A program made the translations under genes and the position numbers. The notes beneath the pieces are model-generated. The model was not told the DNA's origin. It did not search any database and saw only the letters and a program-made list of their open reading frames with translations. 64,000 bases of DNA from Malacoraja senta (Eukaryota), in the NCBI GenBank assembly GCA_038087875.1, contig CM075994.1, forward strand, positions 5,334,001 to 5,398,000. Reading direction: 5' to 3'. Positions 1 to 12,660 of this stretch are shown here, in pieces (position 1 is the first letter of the stretch; each line of letters begins with the position of its first letter).

Positions 1-76
1 GTTCGATGGTCCGTGCGGTGTCTGTGGGCCGAATGGCCTGTTTCTGCGATGCATCTTAAATTCAACTAAAGTAAAA
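1..76 (+). mobile_element. 3' tail of a CR1 or CR1-tailed SINE
   Basis: gggccgaatggcctgtttctgcg followed by a ctaaa-type tail; the same tail motif ends the SINE at 12378. Confidence 0.55.
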
Positions 77-143
77 TGTGGATTTACAACAAAGTAATGT
101 AATTGTCTTGGAATAAATTGCACATGGTAGTTTAAATCGAATT

Positions 144-323
144 TAGTCACAAAATACTGGAGTAGCTCAACGGGACAGGCAGCATCTCTGGAGATAAGGA
201 ATGGGTGACGTTTAGGTTCGAGACCCTTCAGTCTGAAGAAGTGTCTCGATTCGAAACGTCACCCATTCATTCTCTCAATGTATGTTGCCTGTCCCACCGA
301 GTTACTACAGCATTTTGTGTCTA
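144..323. repeat. Palindromic element made of two inverted Penelope terminal (pLTR) segments, with hammerhead-like core
   Basis: ~85-bp arms (cacaaaatactggagtagctcaacgggacaggcagcatc / gttgcctgtcccaccgagttactacagcattttgtg). Arm matches the Penelope end at 14777-14874. CTGAAGA...GAAACGTC at 233-260. Confidence 0.75.
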
Positions 324-1827
324 CGTTTAATTTAATTGTCTTCTGGATTTATAAACAGAGCAAAATTCATTTATATTTCAAAATTTCTTCCTCATTAGTT
401 TAACGGTTAAAATATTATAGCTGACAGACAGAAGACCCATACGCGAGATGCCTTGCTGTTTCAACATATAAGTAATCACCTTCGTCATTGTTAGATAATT
501 TCATTTTACCAGATTGAATATCGTGTTCATTTCAGCTCGATCGATGGAGTGACATTATATTGGATATCGAATAAACTTAATTGCTAAAATATGTACTAAT
601 ATGTGCTTGGAGTCTGGAAGGAGAATCGTGAAGGGGATAAAGGGAACAAATAAAATATCGACGTCTTTACCCGTTGTCCGAATTAAATAGAAATGTTGAA
701 TTGTTGTGGTTGCTGAATGTTATTGTCACATAATGTGTCCATTGGCTTCCATTAATTATTTTACCCGAAATCTCTACAGTCCTTTGTACCTAGTGGCACT
801 TCGATAAACCGAAAAGTTTGTCAAATCAGTGCTTTGCCATTTCCCAAGTTCATCCATTATAATTGACATTTATTAATCGTCCAGTGGTTGCCAACTTATT
901 ATTGGAAGGAATCAAACGATTAAATTAATTAATGTCGAATTAATGTGATTGAATAAACAGTTTATTTTATGCAAACGTAAAATTATATATATATGACGTA
1001 AACCCTAATGTTTCCAACGATATTATGTTTTTGTTCTCCAAATATCAAGCTTCACGATTATTGCATTCTTAACATACAAGCTTCCATCTGAGTATTTTAC
1101 GGAATGCCGCAAGATCTGATGCAGTGGGGTCAATTCGCGCATTTAACAGCTTGGAAAGTTAAGTCGAGATGTCAACTGAAGTACGCCATTTAATTGCAAT
1201 AGAAACGTCACAGTTGATGAACAGTTTCATTTGGGTCTAACTTCAAACATAAATTAATTCAAGAGCACCTATTGTGTCCAAGTTCATCACCTCGTTCTAA
1301 TTTGATCAAGAGGACTTTTGCTGGTTCCTATTGGAAGCTGTCACCCTTCTAAAAGGTATTTGTAATCCCGCCATGTATTAGAGAGAAATGTCACTCACCT
1401 CTGGGTGAAATCTTTTTAAGACTGACTTGCGGTGAGCACTCAGTCTGCAAACAAGAAAACACAATATTTGTCAACTAACATTTTTATCGCTGTCATTGCA
1501 AATTAAGCTAACAATGCGATAAGCTTGGCATTGGAGCAGCCTCCGCGTTCTTTGGCGCTCAGCCAAATGATAAGCAAGTTTGAGAATAACAATCGTGACG
1601 ATAACTAGCTACACTGTTAGCGGGAAAGGCTGATTTGGACGTTATGCTTCGCGCCAAAAGGAAACGAAGTGATGTGATCTGACAGTATGTTTACATATTC
1701 TGAACGCCGACATCAGTAAAACCAATAGACTTAGATGCCTGGTGCTAATGCAACACGTTTTATTAATGAGCCCAGCCGATAGGAATCGCAACTGAATTGC
1801 AAACAGGCATTCCAAAAATAAAACAAA

Positions 1828-2020
1828 TGCACAAAGTAATAGAGTAATTCACTGGGTCAGACAACATACATCGAGAACAGGGAGAGGTGACATTTCCGTT
1901 CGAGACCCCTCTTCAGACGGATTCTGGTTCAGCTTAAAGAAGGTTTCGGACCCGAGACGTCACATAAATTTGTTCTCCAGAGATGCTGCCTGAACACTAA
2001 GTTACTGAAGCACTTCATGT
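1828..2020. repeat. Degraded Penelope-pLTR palindrome
   Basis: Same architecture as 144-323 but more diverged. Confidence 0.6.
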
Positions 2021-2172
2021 CGTTTTGTTTATGAACCAACATATGCAGTTCCAGGTTCCTACAATCCGAAATAAAAATTTCGATGAACCCTTAGAAATCC
2101 AATCCTTCGCTATTTCATTAGAGGGTGCTGGTCCTGCAAATTCCACCGCTCATCTACTATGAACCATAGCGC

Positions 2173-4770
2173 AGACAATAGACAATAGACAATAGGTGCA
2201 GGAGTTGGCCATTCGACGCTGCACTCCCTCAATAGCAAGAATCACCTTCCTCAATTTAGGGGACCAAAACTACAGGTGTGGTCTCCCTAAGGCCCTATAC
2301 ACCTGCAGAATGAACTCTTTGCTCCTATACTCAACTCCTCATGTTATGAACGACAAAATGCCATTCGCTTTCTTCACTGTCTGCTGTACCTGCTTGCTCA
2401 CTTTCGTTGACTGATCAACAAGGACACCCAAATCACTATATACTTCCCACTTTACCAGCTTGAGCACATTTAGATACTAATCTGCCTTCCAGTTCTTGCT
2501 ACCAAAGTGGCTAACCTCACATTTATCCACATTAAACTGCATATGCCATGAATCTGCCCACTAACCCAACCTGTTCAAGTCACCCTGCATTCTCATAGCA
2601 TCCTCCTCACAGTTCACACTGCTATCCAGCTTTGTGTCATCTGCAAATTTGCTAATGTTACTTTGAATCCCTTTATCTAAATCATTGATGTATATTGTAA
2701 ATAGCTGCGAACCCAGCACCGAGCCTTGCGGTACCCCGCTAGTCACAGCCTGCCTTCCTGAGAGGGACCAGTTAATCCCTACTCTTTGTTTCATGTCTGC
2801 CAACAACTTTTCTATCCATGTCACCAAAACCATGTGCCGTAATTTGCCAACTGCTCTCCGATGTGAAACCTTATCAAATGCTTTCTGAACGTCCAGATAC
2901 ACTATATACACTGTGTCTCCCTTGTCAATTGTCCTAGTTACATCCTGAAAAAATCCAGATGATTAGTCAAGCATGATTTCCCCATTTTAAAGCTATGCTG
3001 GCTCGGACCGATCCTGTTACTGCTATCCAAATGTGCCACTATTTCATATTTTATAATTGACTCCAGCACCTTCCCCGCCACCGACGTCTGGCTAACTGGT
3101 CTATAATTCCCTGTTTTCACTCTCCCGCCTTTCTAAAAAATTGCGATAACATTAGCAACCCTCCAATCCACGGGAACTGATCCTGAATGTATAAAACATT
3201 GGTAAATGATCTACAATGTTTCCAGGACTTCTATACCCACTTCCTTAATTACCATGGGATGAAGACCATCAGGCCCTGGTGATTTATCAGCCTTACATCT
3301 ATCAGTCTATCCAACACCATTTCCTGCCTAATGTGGATTTCGTTCACTTCGTCCGTCAGCCCAGATCATCTAGTACATCAGGAAGATTGTTTTTGTCCTC
3401 CTTAGTGAAAACGGATCCAAAGTATCTGTTCAACTCATCTGCCATTTCCATGTTCCCCGTAATAAATTCACATTTTTCAGTCTTCAAGGGTCCAACTTTT
3501 GTCTTAACTATATTGTTCCTCTTCACATACCTAAAGAAGCTTTTACTATCCTCGTTTATATTCTTGGCTGGCTTGCATTCGTAATTCATCTTTTCTCCCC
3601 GTATTGCCTTTTTACTTATGTTCTGTTGCTCTTTAAACATTACCCAATCCTCTTCCTTCACGCTCATCTTTGCTACATTGTACTTTCTACCTTTCATTTG
3701 TATACTGTTCCTAAAGTCCCTTGTCAGCCACGGTTGCCCCTTACTCCCCTTGGAATATTTCTTCCTCTTTGGAATGTACTCATCCTGCACCTTCTGTATT
3801 ATTACCAGAAAAAAACTGTCCTTTTTGTTCTACTGTCATCCCTGCAAGAGTATCTTTCCAGTCAACTTTGGCCAGTCCTCCCTCATGGCTCTATAGTCCC
3901 CTTTATTCAACCGTATCTCTGACACCTCTGATTACACTTCTCCCTCTCCAATTGTAGACTAAACCTGACCATATTATGGGCACTGCCTACTAATGGATCC
4001 TTAACCTCAAGTTCTCATATCAAATCCGATTCATTACATAAGACTAAATCCAGAATTGCCTTCTTCTTGTTAGGCCCCATTACAAACTGCTCTAAGTATC
4101 GATCACGGAGGCACTCCACAAATTCCCTTTCTTGGGATCTAGTGCCAACTTGGTTTTCCCAATCTACCTGCATGTTGAAATCTCCCATAACCACTGTAGC
4201 ATTAATTTTGTTACACGCCAATTTTAACTCCTGATGCAATTTGCACGCTATCCTCAGTGTACTGTTTGGGGGCCTGTAGATGTCCCATTTAACCTGAAAA
4301 TTCTTTAGTTCTATCGATACTGACTCCACATCTATTGTTTCAATGTCACCTCTTGCAATGGACTGAATTTCATTACTCACCAACAGAGCTACCCCACAAC
4401 CTCTGCCCACATGTCTGGCTTTTCGATAGGCGGTATAGCCTTGAAAATTCAGTTCCCAGCCCCTGCCCTTTTGCAGCCATCGGCAATTCCTTCTGCAATT
4501 CCCACAACATCATACTTGCCAATTTTTAACAGAGCCTCAAGCACGTCCACTTTATTTCTAATACATCGCGCATCATGTACAACACTTTGACCTCGGTATT
4601 TACCTCCCCTCTCGCAATTGGTCTTGACCTTAATCTCTTATCCCATCTCGAACTTTCCTTCCCATTAATTCTGGAGTTTTTTGTAACTTTTCCTGTATTC
4701 ATTTCCCCTACAACTACAACTTAATACTCCCGATTTGTCACTCGCAACCTCCCCCCCCCCCCACACACTA
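2173..4770 (-). mobile_element. CR1 LINE ORF2 (EN+RT) remnant with 3' tail; continues at 11221 after the L1 insertion
   Basis: (TCTATTG)n tail at 2173-2195; RT motifs YLDVQKAFDKV, GVPQGSVLG, FADDTKL; EN motifs YRPPN, MGDFN; many frameshifts; internal deletion near 2216. Confidence 0.9.
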
Positions 4771-4786
4771 TTTTTTTTTTTTTAAT

Positions 4787-4825
<39 letters not shown>

Positions 4826-5300
4826 ATTATTTTATTATTATTATTATTTTTTTTTTTTTTATTATTTTGTTTTCTTTTTTTTTTTTTTTTTTTTTTTTTT
4901 TTATTTATTAGAAGTACATTACATTACAACCACATACATTAATACTCGTCATTTGTATCTTCTTACAATTAATGTACTCCCTTTATTTATTTTTTTACAC
5001 TAGAAAAGGAAAAGATTGAAAGAAAGAAGAAAGTGAAGGAAAAAGTGAAAGTGTAGAAAAGTGTAGAAAATGTAACAACAAAAAAGGACGAAGACCCTAT
5101 AAGAGCGAAATTAAAAACAAAAGAAAAAGAGTTAAGAAATAGGCCCTAGGAAAAAAAAAGAGAAAGAGAGAGAGGAAAAAAAAAAAGAAAAAAAAATGTT
5201 TTTTAAGCATTACGTAAATAGAACATACCAACTCTTCAACTATCATCCCCCCTTACCTGACCTCAATTTTTTTTTATTTTTTTTTAAGTAATTTTGCACC

Positions 5301-8300
5301 CTATGTTTGTAATAATTCTATAAATGCAGACCACGTCAGGTGGAAGTGATCTGGTTTACCTGCTAGGAGGAGTCTTATCTCTTCTAGGTGTAATGTTTCA
5401 AACATATTTGAAATCCACATATTTATAGTTGGTATTGGAGCCTTCTTCCAAAATTTTAGAATTAGCTTTTTTCCAGTTAATAACCCATAGTCCATTAATT
5501 TATTTTGAAACACATTTAGTTCTGGATCATCTTCCGTTATTGCGAAGATAATCCATTCTGCTTTGGGTATCAGTCTTGTTTTAAATAACTTTGTAAAGAT
5601 TAGAAAAATGTAATTCCAAAATTTTTGAATTTTTGTACAGAAGACGAATGAGTGCGCTATAGTAGCTTCTTGGGATTGACATTTATCACAAATAGATGAT
5701 ACGTTTGGGAAAATTTTATGAATTTTAGTTTTCGAATAATATAATCTATGTAAAATTTTAAATTGTATTAAAGTGTGTCTTACATTAATCGAGCATTTAT
5801 GCACGTTTAATAAGTATTCATTCCAACTTTCCTTTGAAATTTTAATAGCTAACTCTTGTTCCCAGTCTCTTCTGATACCCTCCGTAGGTGGTATTTGTAC
5901 ATTTAAAATAATATTATACAAATATGATATTAAGTTTGCTGATTCCGCTTTTATCTGCATTGCCTCGTCCAATACATCTACTGGGTTATTATAATGATCT
6001 TTTGTATATTTTTTCAAATAGTCGCATATTTGAAAATATTTAAAATATTGATTATTTCCGAGTTTATATTTTATTTGTAATTGTTGAAATGAAAGTAATT
6101 TTCCAGTTTCATACAAGTCACCAAGCGTTTTAATTCCTAGTCTATCCCATTGTGTATAAGCTTTATCTATAATAGAAGGACTAAACGAAGGATTATTGAC
6201 TATAGGTAATAAAAGTGATAAATTTCTTAATTTTAAATTTTGTTTTATTTGTTTCCAAATACGGATTGTACTATGAATAATTGGGTTCTTATTATAATTT
6301 ATGTTATTCAGTTTCATTGGAGAGAGGAGGATCGCTCCAATGTTTCTAGAGGAGCAATCCTCTTTCTCCATTACAATCCAGTCTACTTGCTGGGCGGAGT
6401 TATCCATCAGTTGAATCATGTTTTTAATATTTACTGACCAATAATAATACATAAAATTAGGTAGTGCTAAACCCCCCAATACTTTAGGTTTATTCAGATG
6501 AGTTTTTTGTATTCTATGTGATTTATAGTCCCATATAAAATTAGTGATATCTGAGTCGAGTTTTTTAAAAAACTTCTTAGGTAAGTATATAGGAATTGAT
6601 TGAAATAGGTATAAAATTTGTGGTAAAAAGATCATTTTTATTGCGTTTATTCGGCCTATTAAAGACATCGGGAGCGTTTTCCAGAATTTAATTAGTGTAT
6701 TTAATTTATTAAGTAGGGGGGCAAAATTTGCCCTGAACATACCTTGATATGTTCTGGTAATTTCGATTCCCAAATATTTAAATTTTTCTGTAGCTATTTT
6801 AAAAGGGAATTTTAAAAGATGTTTTGAATCTTTCGGTTTTATTGACATAATTTCACTTTTATTCCAATTTATTCTATATCCAGAAAAAGATCCGAAGTCT
6901 TCAATTAAATTTAATATATTTGGTATAGTGATTTGAGGTTTTGTAATATACAGTAATATATCATCCGCGTATAAAGATATTTTATTATATGAGTCTTTAG
7001 TATTATATCCATGAATATCAGGGTGTATTCTAATTTTTTCTGCTAGCGGTTCAATAATGAGAGCAAACAGCTGTGGTGATAATGAGCATCCTTGTCTATT
7101 TCCCCTTGATAGTTGAAATTTCGAGGATAATATGTTATTAGTTAGTATTCTAGCTGTAGGTTTGTTATATAGTAACTTAATCCATAAAATAAAATTCTCT
7201 CCCAGTTGAAATTTTTGTAATACTTTATCCATATAATTCCATTCTACTTGATCAAATGCTTTTTCAGCATCCAGCGAAATAATTGATAATTCTTGATCTT
7301 CAGATTTGTGTGAGTGCATTATGTTGAGTAGACGTCTCATATTATTAGAAGAGTATCTCTTAGGGATAAACCCTGTCTGATCTGGGTTTATTAATTTACT
7401 AATGTATTTACTTAATCTTCTAGCTAATGTTTTCGCTAATATTTTTTGATCTGTGTTTAACAATGCTATAGCTCTATATGAACCAGGTTCTTCTAAATCT
7501 TTATTTTTCTTAGGTATTAATGTAATCGTTGATTCCGCTAATGTATCAGGTAGTATTCGTTTTTTAAAAGCGTATTGGTACATTTTTTGTAATCTTGGTA
7601 TTAGTTTATCATAAAAGCTTTTATAAAATTCATTAGTAAATCCATCAGGGCCTGGTGTTTTTCCATTCTTTAATGAGTTTATTGTATCTTCTAATTCCTT
7701 AATTGAGATTTGTGCACCCAGTTCCTCTTGTTCCTTCAGCTCTAACTTTGGAAGATTACAGGTATCCAAGAACTTTGTGATATTATTGGAATCAATTATC
7801 GTTTTAGATGTATACAAATTCTCGTAAAATTGCGCAAATCTTTTATTAATATCCTTCGGTGTTGTTAATAATTCCCCTTTATCTGATTTGATCTTTGGTA
7901 TAGTATGTTCCTTTTCTCGTTTTTTTAGCTGGCGAGCCAAAATTTATGCGGTTTATCCCCAAATTCAAAGTGCTCTTGTTTTGTAATTTGAAAAAGTCTT
8001 ATAAGTTTGGCAGATAATAATTTATTTAATTTAAATTTTAAAATTATTATTTTATTATGTTTATCTATTGATGGATCTTTAGCATTATCTATATCCATTT
8101 GTCTAATAAGTTCTTCTAACTGTCTTTGTTCATTCTTATTCTTTTTATTTTGAAAAGCTTGATATGAAATTATAATACCCCTAATGTATGCTTTAAAAGA
8201 TTCCCAAAATAAAGTAGGCGATATATCTGAAGTATCATTTGTTTGAAAAAAGACCTCCATTTGTTCTTTTAAATATATACTCGCTTGTGGATCTTTTAAA

Positions 8301-9090
8301 ATTTGAGAATTAAATCTCCAGAACGATTTATTCTTAGACAATCCTTCCAGTTTAAAAAAGAAAGTTAGTGGGGAATGGTCTGAAATTGAATTTGTATGGT
8401 ATATTGCATTAGATGTTTGGGGGATTAATTTTGTATCCAGCAGAAAGTAGTCTATACGTGAGTATGTCTTATGTACCATTGAGTAAAACGAATATTCCCT
8501 GCCAGTTGGATTAACAATTCTCCAAACATCTGCTATATTAGTGTTATTTATATAGGTATTGAGGAGTTCCCCAGTTTTCGATTTCATATTCCCTCTCTGT
8601 TTTTGACTTGATTTATCTAAGTACGGATCTAAAACACAGTTAAAGTCTCCTCCTATTATAACATTTTGATAGTTTAACTCTGCATTATGTTGAAAATTTT
8701 ATTGAAAAAGTGGGGGTTATCAAAGTTAGGGGCATATATATTTACCAAAGTAAGTGGAGTGTCATGGATTTCTCCATTAACTATTAGGTATCTCCCTTCT
8801 ATATCTGTTATAATATTCTTTGCTTTAAATGGTATACCTTTTCTTATGATGATTGACGTGCCTCTAGATTTTGAAGTAAATGAAGAATGGTATGTTTGAC
8901 CTATCCATTTCGCCCTCAGTCTAACTTGATCCTGAGGTTTTAGGTGTGTTTCTTGTAGGAAGGTAATGTCAGAGTTGTACAGTTTCAGCTGAGCTAGTAT
9001 CTTACCCCTTTTAATAGGTTCGTTGATACCTCTTATATTCCAACTACAAAATGAGATTCCTCCTAGGTTCTTTTGTGTGGTGTCATGCAT
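5301..9090 (-). pseudogene. L1 ORF2 (APE endonuclease + RT + CCHC) with two frameshifts (~8680, ~7940)
   Basis: SWNIRGIN, LQETH, IGGDFN, YSRIDYF, SDHSP; KTPGPDGF, LDAEKAFD, RQGCSLSP, YADDILLY; CDKC..HSFVFC. Confidence 0.93.
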
Positions 9091-9901
9091 TTTGAATAAT
9101 TATAGTACCTTTGAATCTTGTGGTGCGTCCATATCCCAGGTCTTTAGGTATTGGGGGAGTTTTTGAATTATTAAATTTTGCTGGTATGTCCATTTTACGC
9201 TTATCACTAAACACAAAACACAAACAAGTTATTTTATGTGGTAAAAAAAACCCTAAAAAAGTGAGGCTACAGTGTCTGATATAGTCGGCACTGTAGCGAG
9301 TGTCCCACCTGTAGGTGGGAAAAAACCTTGTTTTGACTTCCATTGCGTTGTTACACAAATAGCTCCGCTCTCTTAGTTAATCATAACATATTAAAATATT
9401 AACACGAGGCCTCACATTCAGATATATAATACAATTTTACCCCGATATTTCCTTATAACATATATATATATATCGGAGTTTAATTATTAAACCAATATTT
9501 TTGACTTCAATAAGAATCAACTGTTGGTTGAAGGGTTAACGAGACGTGCCCCTGGACATAAGCCAGGTGCTCGTTTCTCATCCCCTCCTCCCACTTATAG
9601 ATAAGGTTACAGTTTATTAAAAATTCATATTAGTATGTTAGTTCATTATTTTTATTTTTGTTTTTGTTAGTATTCTAATCTAACCTGCATAATTTGTTAA
9701 GTTGTTAATAGGATAAATTCTTACAATTGGTTATAATATTTTAATCAATAAGCAATTATTTTCTGGTTTATTTTCCAACTGTTCAGTTGTTTACACGTTT
9801 TGAACAGAAAATGTCCTTGATTCAACATTCCAAAGATAACAGTGTAACTATCCCCAGACAAAGCATTGCTTAGAATGGTTCAGATCTGCCAAAACTCCCT
9901 T

Positions 9902-11035
9902 TCATTTCTGTTTTTCAACGATAGTTTGGGCATATTTGAATGCGTCTTCAGGCTTAACAAATGACTTTTCAAGACAATTAAAGGAAATACGCATTTTCGC
10001 GGGATAAAAACCCCCAAATCTGATCCCTTCTCTCCCTCTTAAAAGATCTTTAACCTTATCAAATTTGTTTCTTTTTTGCACAATTTCATACGGGTAGTCC
10101 CTGAATATCTTAATAGTGTCCTTGTCCAGCCGCAGTTGTACACCGTATATGATTTTGCTCATAACATATTCCAGTTCTACAGTATCCCGAAATTTCACAA
10201 TAATATGTCGTGGATAAGCTTTTCCCGCACCAGATCTTTGTTTAAATCTTGGGACACGATGAGCCACTTCGATTTTCGGTTCCTTGGAAAGATTCAACAG
10301 TTGTTTCAACAAGCCCATGGCAAATTCACGTACCTGCTCCCCTTCTGCCCCCTCTGAAACACCAAGAATTCTCAAATTCTGGCGTCTAGAGCGAGCTTCC
10401 AGGTCCAGGCATTTGGCTGAGACTTTCTCCAGTTGAGTCACCATCTGTAGTGAAGCTTGTTCGTTTTCTCGCCTCATTTGCTCATGTTCTTGCCTCAATT
10501 TCGCCTTGTCTTCAACCACTCGAGCCGTGTTTTTCTCCAATTCCGTAATTGTGTGCATACTTGCAGCTACTGTTTCAAGCACAACCGTGAACTTATCCGT
10601 AGTAGTTACATCCATCTTATCCATTTTCTCTGATAGTCCATCTTTCACCTCATCAATTCGTTTATTTATAATGTCCAGTAAATCCATCATATTCTTCTGG
10701 TTACCAGCATTTAAATCCTTCATCATCTTCTCCATTCCTTCCATCATTTTTGCCGTATTTTCCTTCATTTCCTTCTTATCTTCCATCCTATTTTCCTTCA
10801 TTTGCTTCTTATCTTCCTTCATATTATCCGAAATCTCATCTTTCAAATTTGTCATTGATTTCTTCAAGTCATCAAAGTCTTTCTTAGATCTTGTATCCAT
10901 TTCTGCAGCCACTTCAGAGACTTCAGAGACTTCAGAGGTAACTTCAGAAGTAACTTCTGCTTCAGACTTCTTCTGGCCTGTCAGCAGCTTATTCACTGCT
11001 CTCTGAGGGCTCACAGCTGGAGACAGTTTACTCAT
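9902..11035 (-). CDS. L1 ORF1p (coiled coil + RRM + CTD)
   Basis: 377-aa open frame; LEARSRRQNLRILGVSEG, IEVAHRV, PRHIIVKF, YPAKMRI. Confidence 0.9.
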   Translation of the reverse strand: MSKLSPAVSPQRAVNKLLTGQKKSEAEVTSEVTSEVSEVSEVAAEMDTRSKKDFDDLKKSMTNLKDEISDNMKEDKKQMKENRMEDKKEMKENTAKMMEGMEKMMKDLNAGNQKNMMDLLDIINKRIDEVKDGLSEKMDKMDVTTTDKFTVVLETVAASMHTITELEKNTARVVEDKAKLRQEHEQMRRENEQASLQMVTQLEKVSAKCLDLEARSRRQNLRILGVSEGAEGEQVREFAMGLLKQLLNLSKEPKIEVAHRVPRFKQRSGAGKAYPRHIIVKFRDTVELEYVMSKIIYGVQLRLDKDTIKIFRDYPYEIVQKRNKFDKVKDLLRGREGIRFGGFYPAKMRISFNCLEKSFVKPEDAFKYAQTIVEKQK

Positions 11036-11220
11036 TTAAAGGGCTTCAAACCACCGTTTAAAACATCGCGTTTAACGATGACGTCATCAGCGCGACGACC
11101 AGAAGCTCCGGTAAGGTTTTTAAAAACAATCCCGATTTCTGGACCCGTTTTACACGATAAATCGTGAAGTTTTTCGGTAGAGGAGCTAGGTGCACGTCTG
11201 TTAGTCCAACATGGCGCCAC

Positions 11221-12260
11221 ATGTGTAGCCCTAGCAAACCTGCCTGCCAGAATGTCGGTCCCCCACCAATTAAGGTGTAACACGTCCGTTTTGTACAGGT
11301 ACAGGTACCCCAGATTAGATCGCAGTGGTCTATACATCTAAATCCTTGCTCCCTGCAACAGCCCCTCAGCCACATATTCAGATCCCCTACCTCCCTGTTC
11401 CTGTCCTTGCTGGCACGAGGTACTGGAAGAAATCCAGATATAACCACCCTTGAATTCAGATTTTAAGTCTTCTTCTCAACTATCTGAACTCACGTTCTTC
11501 ATCATCTTCCCGATGCCGTTTGTGCCCACGTGTACAAATATAGCCGGCTGTGCACCTTCTCTCTCGAGCATGTTCTGAATTTGGTTCATAACATCTTGAA
11601 CCCTTGCTCCAGGGAGGAAACAGACCATCCTCGCCTCTCGCCTGTCGCCATAGAATCTCCAGTCCGCACCTCGCACAATGGAGTCACCCACCACTATGGC
11701 TCTACCTGACGTCGGTCTCACCGGTCCAGTCCCATCTCAAGGATTGGAGCTACCGACGTGTCCGCCGCTCGGTCTGGGAGCGTCGTCCCCTCCGAAAGCT
11801 CCCAAGAGGGCGTGCCTATTTTCATTGAGCACAGCCACCTGGGTCTCCTGCACTCTACGATTACTAACCTTTATCTCAGTCACACACCTTCGTTCTTTCC
11901 GTATCCACGACGTGACAACGTCACTGTAGGTCCTGTCCAGGAAACACTCTTTTTCCAAGATGGCCCTGATGTCATCCAGCTGCTTCTCCAGTGCCCCAAC
12001 AGGGTCTTTCAGGAGCTTAACCTAGACACACTTGCCACAGATATAGCAGCCAGATGCTTCATCCGTGTGCCTGGCCTCCCACAACCTGCAAGCATCACAC
12101 GGTTTAATCTTACCCGTCATGTGTTCACCGCGTCCCGTCCTCTTCAGCTTTTTGTGCAGTCTCCTCTCATCAGCCTCGTCGCCGTAGAGTCTCGAGTCAA
12201 ACACTCACACTTTTCTCACAAGGCACTTCCCTCGAACTAAGGTAACACACCGTGGCAGTC
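11221..12260 (-). mobile_element. CR1 ORF1 remnant (zinc finger + SGNH esterase); 5' part of the CR1 at 2173-4770; copy at 17369-18408
   Basis: CDACRLW..CYICGKC, AIVVGDSIVRG, VHVGTNGIG, VISGFLPVP. Confidence 0.85.
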
Positions 12261-12377
12261 GTCTCAATCATCCATCCATTTTAAATTTACTGCCACTGTC
12301 TGTTGAATGGAAATTCCCATGGTTCAACAATGGAACTGAAACATTTTTATCCCCAGCGAGAATATGCATAACTTTGA

Positions 12378-12660
12378 CTTTAGTTTAGAGAGAAAGCCTG
12401 GAAACAGGCCATTTATCGGACAAAGTCCGAGAGGAACAACAATCAACTAGTAATATTCAACACACTACGGACAATTTACAGAGCCCCCAATTAATGTACA
12501 AACCTGTACATCTTTGAAATGTGGGAGATAACCGGAGCACCGGGAGTAAACCAACGTGGTCAATGGGACAATGTTTACACTCCGTACAGACATCACCCGT
12601 AGTCTGGATCGAATCTGGGTAACCGGCAGCGACTATACCGCTGCACCACCGTAGCAGCCC
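12378..12660 (-). mobile_element. V-SINE (HE1-like, tRNA-derived); copy at 18526-18808
   Basis: tRNA-like head (ggtggtgcagcggtatag...gattcgatcc on minus), V-domain-like core (aaccggagcaccgggagtaaacc), CR1-type tail. Confidence 0.7.

Larger units (their letters stand above)
4771..11220 (-). mobile_element. Full-length L1-clade LINE
   Basis: Poly(A)/(AAT)n tail 4771-~4905, 3'UTR, ORF2 in three frames, ~810-bp inter-ORF spacer, ORF1, ~185-bp 5'UTR. Confidence 0.93.

Noticed and set aside
10506..11006. 166-aa Ser/Phe/Ile-rich + strand ORF
   Set aside because: Antisense shadow of the L1 ORF1 coiled coil.
12590..12660. tRNA gene
   Set aside because: Degenerate tRNA-derived SINE head with no cloverleaf.
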